NCBI GenBank assembly: GCA_017983495.1
Contig: JAGOBH010000007.1
Location: forward strand, 59,278-123,277
Reading direction: 5' to 3'
Length of the DNA stretch: 64,000 nt
Source of the DNA: Pyrinomonadaceae bacterium
GTDB taxonomy: Bacteria > Acidobacteriota > Blastocatellia > Pyrinomonadales > Pyrinomonadaceae
The notes below the pieces were generated by a model. It worked only from the letters and a program-made list of their open reading frames with translations, was not told where the DNA came from and searched no databases. Positions 20,734 through 28,448 of this stretch are shown piece after piece. Within the stretch, counting starts at the first letter, position 1. The number at the start of each line of letters is the position of its first letter. Both the position numbers and the translations under genes were made by a program.

Positions 20734-21651
20734 ATGGAGATAAGACAACTTAAGGCATTTTTGGCGATCGCCGAAGCCAAGACTTTTACGGCGGGAGCAC
20801 GCCGCGTAAACGTCACGCAGGCGGCGATCTCGATGCAGATCAGACAACTCGAGGACGAGGTCGGGCTGCCGCTTTTTACGCGCACCCCGCGACGTGTGAT
20901 CATCACCGAGGCGGGCGAATACCTGCTCGACCGTGCCAGAAAGATACTTCGCGAACACGATACCGCACTGTCGGAGATCGCCGAACTTGGCGGCGTCGAG
21001 CACGGGCGTCTGCGGATCGGGTCGGCGTCGGCGATGTTTGCCACGCAGCAGCTGCCGGGAATAATGCAGAAACTGCGTGAAAAATTTCCGAACTCGGAAC
21101 TGAACGTCAGCTCGGGCACGAGTCAGGCGTTGGTCGATAAGATCATGCACGGTGAGATCGACACGGCGTTCGTCAGCCTGCCGGTCGAAAATTCGAGCGT
21201 GACGACCGAACTGCTCTTTAGCGACGAGATCGTCGCGATCGCGCATCCGGAACATCCGCTTGCAAATGAGCGTTTTGTCTCGGCTGCGGCATTGGCGGGC
21301 GAAAAGCTGATCCTCGGCGAACGCGGCGGTAACACGCGGCGAATGATCGACGATTTTTTCAACGCGGCTAATGTCCGGCCGAACGTCGTGATGGAACTGT
21401 CGCGGCAGGAGGCGATCAACCAAATGGTCGAAAACAACCTTGGCGTCGGCATAGCGGGTGCCAAGGCGGTTTCGAAGGAGATAGCCGAGGGCAAACTCGT
21501 GTCGTGGGGCATCGAAGGCGCCGAGATCCAGTGGGAACTGGGCCTTGCCCGTCTGCGAGGCGGATATTTTTCGCCGATCGCACGCGAATTTTCTGCCCTG
21601 TGTAAGCAAAGCTTTGTCGAACGCGAGAAAGAACTGAGAGCGAAGAGATGA
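20734..21651 (+). CDS. LysR-family transcriptional regulator
   Basis: MEIRQLKAFLAIAEAKTFTAGARRVNVTQAAISMQIRQLE (HTH) plus a LysR substrate-binding domain. Divergent from the kinase-murQ operon. A perfect tandem 10-mer GGTGTGTAAT x2 (20714-20733) sits immediately upstream of the start. Confidence 0.9.
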   Translation: MEIRQLKAFLAIAEAKTFTAGARRVNVTQAAISMQIRQLEDEVGLPLFTRTPRRVIITEAGEYLLDRARKILREHDTALSEIAELGGVEHGRLRIGSASAMFATQQLPGIMQKLREKFPNSELNVSSGTSQALVDKIMHGEIDTAFVSLPVENSSVTTELLFSDEIVAIAHPEHPLANERFVSAAALAGEKLILGERGGNTRRMIDDFFNAANVRPNVVMELSRQEAINQMVENNLGVGIAGAKAVSKEIAEGKLVSWGIEGAEIQWELGLARLRGGYFSPIAREFSALCKQSFVEREKELRAKR

Positions 21652-21655
21652 GCTA

Positions 21656-21805
21656 GCCGCAGTTGAGCACAGATAAGAAGTGTTTTTACCGCAGATGGAC
21701 GCAGATGAACACAGATAAGAAGTGATTCAACTACAGAAGGACGTGGCTGGAAACAAGAGGAAGAATTTGGCCGCAGATCGACGCGGATGAACACAGATCT
21801 GAAGA
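21656..21805. repeat. cluster of REP units (CCGCAGAT..GACGCAGATGAACACAGAT family)
   Basis: Three forward units between the LysR stop and the next CDS. Related units occur at 14808-14875 and 37672-37758. Confidence 0.6.
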
Positions 21806-21826
21806 AGATAATAAAAAACTAATAAA

Positions 21827-24544
21827 ATGTTCGTTATGAGATTTCTAGATGTTATAGGATTTCGTTCGAGGAAACGCGGTAGTGGGTTTTTGATCTATCC
21901 GTTTCTTATCTGCGTCTATCTGTGTTTATCTGCGGTAAATATTTCTTCTCAGGGATTACCGGTCGCCGCTCCTCAGACTGTCGGGATGAATGCGGCGAAG
22001 TTGAATCAGATCGACGCACTTGTCGAGGCTGACATCGCGGCCAAAAAGCTGCCCGGGGCGGTTGTGCTGGTCGGGCATAAGGGCAAGATCGTTTTTCGGA
22101 AGGCATACGGCAATCGTTCGCTGGTTCCGACGGTCGAGAAGATGACGGTCGATACGATCTTTGACGTTGCTTCACTCACCAAGCCGATCGCGACCGCGAC
22201 GTCGATCATGATCCTCGTCGAGCAGGGAAAACTGCGGCTCAATGACACCGTCGGGATGTACATCACCGACATCGACGACCCGCAAGCCAAACGCGTCACC
22301 ATCCAGCAGCTGCTCACCCACACATCAGGCTACCGCCCCGACTTCGACCTCGGCGAAAAATGGACCGGCCGCGACGGGATGCTCGCCGCTCTGAAGAAAG
22401 AAAAACTCCGAGCGGCTCCGGGGACGAGGTTTGTTTATTCGGATATTGGGTTTATTGTGTTGGGGGAAATTGTCTTCAGAGTGAGCAAGTCTGGATCGTC
22501 GGAATTTGCGAACTCAGAGATCTTCAGCAGTCTGAGAGTGAACAAGAGTTTTTTCGCGCCTTTGCGCAACGTAGTCTTTGATAACTGGGTCACAATACCG
22601 GGAGGAGTCACGACCGAATATCGTGCTGATTTAAAGGAAATTGCTCCGACCGAAAATATTCGAGGTCAGAACAGCTATCTGGGGGGCAGCTTTGCTGATG
22701 ACGCGAAACGTGGAGAAGAAATTCTTCGCGGCGCGGTACACGACCCGACGGCATTTCGTATGAACGGTGTTGCCGGCCACGCCGGACTTTTCTCGACGGC
22801 TGACGACCTCGCTCGATACTGCCAGATGCTGCTGAATGGCGGCGTCGCTCCTGTCAGAACCGGGAGCGATAGCGACCGGGTTCCGGCGCGGTCGAGCAGG
22901 AAGAACCCAGTCGCTACCGCTCCCGGTTCTGACTTCGGTGTTCGCATTCTGTCTGCTCAGACGGTTGCTCGGATGACGGCGCCGGTTGTGGTTAGCGAGT
23001 CGGGCGATGCTCGCGGGCTTGGGTGGGATATTAATACTTCGTTCTCGTCGAATCGCGGCGATCTGTTTCCGCTTGGGTCGTTTGGGCACACGGGTTTTAC
23101 GGGGACGAGCGTTTGGATCGACCGGGTTTCGCAGACGTTTGTCGTCTTCCTCTCGAACCGCGTTCACCCCGACGGCAAAGGCGACGTCGGGCCGCTCCGG
23201 GCGAAGGTCGCGACGGTTGTCGCTTCGGCGGTCGAGGATACGCCGATCGAGAAATGGAAAGCCGCAGAGGCCGAGTTCAATGCAGCGGTTGCTGCACAGG
23301 TGCCGAGGTTTACGGCCGGAGCTCGGACACTCCTGTCCGCATCGCCGGTTCCTCCGGCGAACGCGGTCACGGCCAACGAAGCGTTGACCGTTGCGGACAA
23401 GAGTGTCCGCGCTCCCGTCTTGAACGGCATCGACGTTTTGGAGCGCGACAAATTTAAGCAGCTTGAGGGGTTGAAGATCGGGCTGGTGACAAATCACACG
23501 GGCCGCAATCTGGCGGGGAAGCAGACGATCGACATTCTCAAGGAAGCTCCGAACGTTCAGCTTGTCGCACTGTTTTCGCCCGAGCACGGCATCCGCGGGC
23601 TGCTCGACGTTGATAAGATCAGCGATTCAAAGGACGAAAAGACTGGCCTGCCGATCTACTCGCTCTACGGCGAGACGCGTCGGCCAAAGCCGGAACAATT
23701 GAAAGACCTCGACGCGATCGTTTACGACATTCAGGACATCGGGGCACGATTTTACACATACACGGCGACGCTCAAGAACGTGATGGAAGAAGCGGCAAAA
23801 TTGGGTAAACCAATTTTTGTGCTCGACCGTCCGAACCCGATAAACGGCGTTTCGGTCGAAGGGCCGCTGGCGGACGAGGACAAACTTTCGTTCATCGCCG
23901 CTCACACAACGCCGGTCCGCTACGGGCTGACGATCGGCGAACTCGGCACGATGATGAACGATGAACGCAAGATCGGTGCCGACCTGCGGGTCATCAAGAT
24001 GGACGGGTGGTCGCGTGCGATGTGGTTCGACGAGACGGGACAGACGTGGATAAATCCAAGCCCGAATATGCGTTCGCTAACGCAGGCAACTCTCTATCCG
24101 GGAATCGGCCTGCTCGAGACGACCAACGTTTCGGTCGGCCGCGGCACGGATACGCCGTTCGAGGTCGTTGGTGCTCCGTGGCTCGACGGCCGAAAGCTTG
24201 CCGCCTATATGAACCAGCGAAATATCAAGGGCGTACGGTTTATTCCCGTTAGATTTAAGCCAAACGCCTCGGTCTTTAAGGACGAGGAATGCGGTGGTAT
24301 CAATATAGTTATCACCGACCGAAGTGCCTTCAATTCCGTCAGAACAGGACTTGAGATAGCGGTTGCGTTACGCAAACTTTATCCCTCAGACTGGCAGGTC
24401 GAAAAGTACGGCCGGCTGCTGGTGAACGGCGAAATTCTGGACATGGTCAAACGCGGTGAATCGGTCGAGGCGATCGAAAAAGCTTCGGCACCCAAAAATG
24501 ACGATTTTGCCAAACGTCGGGCACTATATTTGCTTTACAAGTGA
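21827..24544 (+). CDS. fusion protein: beta-lactamase-fold serine hydrolase (AmiE-like) + DUF1343 / exo-beta-N-acetylmuramidase NamZ-like domain
   Basis: N-terminal half has class-C beta-lactamase-like motifs (FDVASLTKP = SxxK, LLTHTSGY). C-terminal half reads GLVTNHTGRNLAGKQTIDIL...ALFSPEHGIRG..., typical of DUF1343. Alternative start MRF at 21836. The N-terminus is signal-peptide-like. Confidence 0.85.
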   Translation: MFVMRFLDVIGFRSRKRGSGFLIYPFLICVYLCLSAVNISSQGLPVAAPQTVGMNAAKLNQIDALVEADIAAKKLPGAVVLVGHKGKIVFRKAYGNRSLVPTVEKMTVDTIFDVASLTKPIATATSIMILVEQGKLRLNDTVGMYITDIDDPQAKRVTIQQLLTHTSGYRPDFDLGEKWTGRDGMLAALKKEKLRAAPGTRFVYSDIGFIVLGEIVFRVSKSGSSEFANSEIFSSLRVNKSFFAPLRNVVFDNWVTIPGGVTTEYRADLKEIAPTENIRGQNSYLGGSFADDAKRGEEILRGAVHDPTAFRMNGVAGHAGLFSTADDLARYCQMLLNGGVAPVRTGSDSDRVPARSSRKNPVATAPGSDFGVRILSAQTVARMTAPVVVSESGDARGLGWDINTSFSSNRGDLFPLGSFGHTGFTGTSVWIDRVSQTFVVFLSNRVHPDGKGDVGPLRAKVATVVASAVEDTPIEKWKAAEAEFNAAVAAQVPRFTAGARTLLSASPVPPANAVTANEALTVADKSVRAPVLNGIDVLERDKFKQLEGLKIGLVTNHTGRNLAGKQTIDILKEAPNVQLVALFSPEHGIRGLLDVDKISDSKDEKTGLPIYSLYGETRRPKPEQLKDLDAIVYDIQDIGARFYTYTATLKNVMEEAAKLGKPIFVLDRPNPINGVSVEGPLADEDKLSFIAAHTTPVRYGLTIGELGTMMNDERKIGADLRVIKMDGWSRAMWFDETGQTWINPSPNMRSLTQATLYPGIGLLETTNVSVGRGTDTPFEVVGAPWLDGRKLAAYMNQRNIKGVRFIPVRFKPNASVFKDEECGGINIVITDRSAFNSVRTGLEIAVALRKLYPSDWQVEKYGRLLVNGEILDMVKRGESVEAIEKASAPKNDDFAKRRALYLLYK
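21892..21935. repeat. inverted REP unit inside codons about 22-37 of the fusion gene
   Basis: GATCTATCCGTTTCTTATCTGCGTCTATCTGTGTTTATCTGCGG is the reverse-complement type of the units at 21656-21805. It is translated as LIYPFLICVYLCLSAV. Confidence 0.6.
22853..22933. repeat. 81-bp palindromic REP element inserted in-frame in the hydrolase domain
   Basis: The 30-nt arms GTCAGAACCGGGAGCGATAGCGACCGGGTT / AACCCAGTCGCTACCGCTCCCGGTTCTGAC pair at 28 of 30 positions, with a 21-nt loop. Exactly 27 codons, starting on a codon boundary (VRTGSDSDRVPARSSRKNPVATAPGSD). Confidence 0.75.
23325..23408. repeat. 84-bp compound palindromic REP element forming the inter-domain linker
   Basis: Outer arms GGACACTCCTGTCCGCA / TGCGGACAAGAGTGTCC pair at 16 of 17. 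Inner hairpins are CGCCGG-ttcct-CCGGCG and CGGTCA...TGACCG. The length is a multiple of 3, and it encodes ...ARTLLSASPVPPANAVTANEALTVADKSVRAP. Confidence 0.7.
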
Positions 24545-24740
24545 GTGGTTTAGAGTTATAGACATTTCAGAATTCACAGGTTTGTAACAAAATAGCGATT
24601 TTATTACGTTTATAGGATTTACGCGGATGTTTCGTTTCGTAAGTGATAACGAAAATTTGAATAAATTTCCATAAACGTAAATATTCCTTATGGATTGCAA
24701 TCTTGGCTTCGAAAGAAAAATCGAAAAAGGAAAGGAGATT

Positions 24741-27700
24741 ATGAGCAAAAAAGCATTATTTTCAGTTTTTTTTGCGATGGCCTGTTTGATCTCTCTTAGT
24801 GCGATCTCGTTCGCACAGGAGGTCACGGGTTCTATCGTAGGAACGGTACGCGACTCAAACGGAGCCGCGGTTGCCGGAGCAACGGTTACCCTTACCGATC
24901 CGTCAAAGGGCGATCTCGTGGTCCGCACGGGAACAACAAATGAGGAAGGATCATTTTCCTTTCCCAATCTAGGCATCAGCGTCTACAGCGTCACGGTCGA
25001 AGCCGCAAACTTCAAAAAGGCCGTCAGCACCGACATCAAAGTTGACGTCGGCCAGCGTAGATCTGTCGACGTGACACTGACCGCCGGCCGTATCGACGAA
25101 ACCGTTACCGTCACCGCTGACCCGGTTGCGGTCGACCTGACCTCGCCGACCAGCGGTACCGTTATCAACGGCGATCAGGTTCGCGAACTGTCGATCAATA
25201 ACCGTAACTTTACACAGCTGGTAACACTGGCACCGGGCGTCACGAACGACCTTTCGGACCAGGTTTATCAGGGAACGGTCAACCCCGAGGGCCAGGCGAA
25301 TATCGTTTCGATCTCGGTCAACGGTGCACGTTCGAGCCAGAATACATTCACAGTTGACGGTGCCGACATCACCGACCGCGGATCGAACCTGACAATTCAG
25401 GCATATCCGAGCGTTGATTCGATCGGCGAATTCCGCATTCTTCGTTCGCTCTACCCGGCTGAGTCGGGTCGCAGCGGCGGCGGACAGGTCAACGTCGTTA
25501 CCCGCAGCGGTACGAGCGATTTTCGTTTTAGTGCTTTTGAGTTCGTTCGCAACGATGCCTTTAATGCAAATACACCGCTGATCAACAGCCAGACCAGTCC
25601 GGTCCTCGGCCGTGAGAGCAACGGTAAAGCAAGACGTCCGCCATTCCGATACAACAACTACGGTTTCACCATCGGCGGCCCGGTATATTTCCTGAACTTT
25701 GGCGAAAATGACAGGGGTTGGTTCAGAAAGTGGGAAAAGACCTTCTTCTTCTTCTCCGAAGAACAGCGTAAGGATCGACGCCAGCAGACGCTTACGTCGA
25801 CCGTGCCAACCGCACAGCAGAGAGCCGCGTTCTTTACGGTGCCTATCTGCCTCCAGGCAACCGGTACGACCTGTACTTTGACACAGGCGGCGAACAGCAC
25901 ACTGCCCTCGATCAATCCGCTCGCTCAGCAGTATCTGACATACATTTACAGCCAATTGCCGCTGCCGAATACTTCGATAGCCAACCAGTTGATCGCTGTT
26001 GCACCGAACAAAGCTGATTTCCGACAGGAAGTCCTTAAGATCGACCACAGCTTCTCGGACAAATGGTCGATGTACTATCGTTATCAGCAGGACAAGATCC
26101 CAACGATAGACGTCAACTCGCTGTTCTCGTCAGGTTCCGGTTTGCCGGGTGTCTCGACGACATCGACAAATTCGCCGGGCAGAACACACACGTTCCAGTC
26201 CACTTATGCGATCACCCCGAATGTTATCGTCGAAGGCCGTTATACCTTTGGTTACGGTGCTATTTTGAGCGAAAACATCGGGCTGATGTCACGCGATCGT
26301 TCGCCGATCAATCCGCCGCTTGCGTACACGAACCAACGCGACCGCGTTCCGACGATCAGCGGTAACGGTTTCAGTGCACTCCAGGGATTTGGTCCTTATG
26401 ACAACTTCTCTTGGAAATCCAACTTCGCCGGCTCGGTTACCTACATCGCCGGTAACCACACCATGAAGTTTGGAGCAATGTACTCGAAATACCGCAAGAA
26501 CGAAAATGCTCTTGCCGGTAACAACGAAGGCATCTTCTCCGGCTTTAACACGCCGGGTGCGGCCGCAAACGTGATCGCTACGGGCGGTAACACGACTCAG
26601 CAGCTTTGGGCTAACTTCCTGATGGGAACGAACGTATCGTTTACACAGGCAAGTTTTGACTACACGGCTGATCTTCGTCAGAAGGCGTTCGAAGCTTATG
26701 CTCAGGATGAGTGGAAAGTTCGACCCAATCTGACCCTTTATTATGGTGTACGTTATTCGTTCTTTGGTTCGCCATGGGACAAGAACGGCCGCTTGACCAA
26801 CTTCGTTCCGGAATTGTGGAGTGCCGCAGCTGCCCCGGCAGTTACAGGCGCGGGTAACCGCGTCGTTGGCACCGGTAACTTCTGTAATGGTCTGATCAAC
26901 AACGCACAGAACAACGTTGCTTTCCCGAATTGCACGACGACCCAGTCGCCATGGGGCAAATTTATCCTGGATGTTTCCAAAAAGGACTTTGCACCTCGTG
27001 TAGGTATGGCGTGGGATCCGTTCGGAAAAGGCGATACAGCGATCCGTATGGGCTATGGTATCTATCATGAGCAGGTCCTGAACGGTATGGTTCTGCAAAT
27101 GATCGGCCTCAACCCGCCGTTCCAGCAGACCTGTGCCGTTACGGGCGTGAATCTTGCAAATCCGACGCCAGGTGGTTGTACCGCTGTCGTCGCGGGTGCG
27201 GCTGCATCGAATATACGATCGATCGATCCGAATTGGCAGACGCCTTACATGCAGCATTGGTCACTGGATGTTCAGCGTCAGCTGACCAGCAAGACCCTGG
27301 TGACCGTCGGCTATTACGGTTCGAAGGGAACCAATCTGATCGGTGGTTTTGAAAAGAACCTTGTGCAGCCCGGTGCTGCGATCGCTCGCGGAGCGACGGG
27401 TTGTGCGACCGGTGCGACATACCTGGGTGGCCCGGGCGTGACGCTAGGACCGTGTCAGGTTGCCGGAACGGCATTCCTTAGTTCCGCTGCCTCGGCTATC
27501 CTTGACCAGATCCGTCCGTATCGCGGATATCGTTCGATCCAGGCTGTTGAGACCCGTTACAATTCGGATTATCACAGCATGCAGTTCTCAGGTCAGCATC
27601 GTTTCGATGGTGCGTCACAGGTCAATGTCGCTTATACATGGGCAAAAAATATGACGGACGCACAGAACGATCGTTCGACCTCACCGCAGAACACTTACGA

Positions 27701-28358
27701 TATGACACAGGAAAGAGCTCGTGCGGCACTGGACCGCCGTCATGTCCTGACCGTCAACTACATTTACGAGTTGCCGTTCTTCAAGGACCAGAAGGGCGTA
27801 GTTGGTAAGGTTTTGGGCGGATGGCAGGCATCGGGAATCGTTACATTCCAAACCGGTTTGCCGTTTACCCCGACCGCATCTGCTTACGACGCATCGGGTC
27901 TCGGCCTGATCCCGGCACTCGTTGCCGGAGCTCGTCCGAACGTAACTTGCGATCCGAATGCGAACGCTCCGCACACCGTGCAGCAGTGGTTCAATACTGC
28001 GTGTTTCCAGGTCACACCGATCAGCAACACCGATCCGAACTTCCCGATCTCTAATCAGGTCGGAAACGGCGGACGCGGTATTGTTCACGGTCCGGGAACG
28101 AAACGAGTTGACCTGACGCTTTCAAAGAATCTTAGATTCGGCGAGCGTTTCCGTCTGCAGCTTCGCGGTGAAGCGTTCAACATTTTCAACTGGACAAACT
28201 ATCGTGCTCTCAGCACTGTTGTTTGGAATGCTACGACACGACCGGTTAATTTCCCGATCGGTACGAGTACCGGTGGAAACGGTTCGTCGACGTTTGGACA
28301 GGTTACGTCGTATCGTGACCCTCGCGTACTTCAGTTCGGCATCAAGCTTAATTTCTAA
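24741..28358 (+). CDS. TonB-dependent receptor with N-terminal carboxypeptidase-regulatory-like domain (Oar type)
   Basis: ORF 24690-28358 trimmed to MSKKALFSVFFAMACLISLSAISFAQ (ATG 24741, AGGAG upstream). EVTGSIVGTVRDSNGAAVAGATVTL, a long beta-barrel, and a C-terminal ...RVLQFGIKLNF. Confidence 0.9.
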   Translation: MSKKALFSVFFAMACLISLSAISFAQEVTGSIVGTVRDSNGAAVAGATVTLTDPSKGDLVVRTGTTNEEGSFSFPNLGISVYSVTVEAANFKKAVSTDIKVDVGQRRSVDVTLTAGRIDETVTVTADPVAVDLTSPTSGTVINGDQVRELSINNRNFTQLVTLAPGVTNDLSDQVYQGTVNPEGQANIVSISVNGARSSQNTFTVDGADITDRGSNLTIQAYPSVDSIGEFRILRSLYPAESGRSGGGQVNVVTRSGTSDFRFSAFEFVRNDAFNANTPLINSQTSPVLGRESNGKARRPPFRYNNYGFTIGGPVYFLNFGENDRGWFRKWEKTFFFFSEEQRKDRRQQTLTSTVPTAQQRAAFFTVPICLQATGTTCTLTQAANSTLPSINPLAQQYLTYIYSQLPLPNTSIANQLIAVAPNKADFRQEVLKIDHSFSDKWSMYYRYQQDKIPTIDVNSLFSSGSGLPGVSTTSTNSPGRTHTFQSTYAITPNVIVEGRYTFGYGAILSENIGLMSRDRSPINPPLAYTNQRDRVPTISGNGFSALQGFGPYDNFSWKSNFAGSVTYIAGNHTMKFGAMYSKYRKNENALAGNNEGIFSGFNTPGAAANVIATGGNTTQQLWANFLMGTNVSFTQASFDYTADLRQKAFEAYAQDEWKVRPNLTLYYGVRYSFFGSPWDKNGRLTNFVPELWSAAAAPAVTGAGNRVVGTGNFCNGLINNAQNNVAFPNCTTTQSPWGKFILDVSKKDFAPRVGMAWDPFGKGDTAIRMGYGIYHEQVLNGMVLQMIGLNPPFQQTCAVTGVNLANPTPGGCTAVVAGAAASNIRSIDPNWQTPYMQHWSLDVQRQLTSKTLVTVGYYGSKGTNLIGGFEKNLVQPGAAIARGATGCATGATYLGGPGVTLGPCQVAGTAFLSSAASAILDQIRPYRGYRSIQAVETRYNSDYHSMQFSGQHRFDGASQVNVAYTWAKNMTDAQNDRSTSPQNTYDMTQERARAALDRRHVLTVNYIYELPFFKDQKGVVGKVLGGWQASGIVTFQTGLPFTPTASAYDASGLGLIPALVAGARPNVTCDPNANAPHTVQQWFNTACFQVTPISNTDPNFPISNQVGNGGRGIVHGPGTKRVDLTLSKNLRFGERFRLQLRGEAFNIFNWTNYRALSTVVWNATTRPVNFPIGTSTGGNGSSTFGQVTSYRDPRVLQFGIKLNF

Positions 28359-28383
28359 GCTGCTGCCATTTACTTAGCCGGAG

Positions 28384-28423
28384 AGCCCGCGTTGCCGTAA
28401 GGTATCGCGGGCTTTTCGTTTTT
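28384..28423 (+). terminator. rho-independent terminator after the TonB receptor
   Basis: GCCCGCG-ttgccgtaaggtat-CGCGGGC followed by TTTTCGTTTTT. Confidence 0.7.
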
Positions 28424-28448
28424 GGCCGAATTGTGGAAAAATCGTTGT

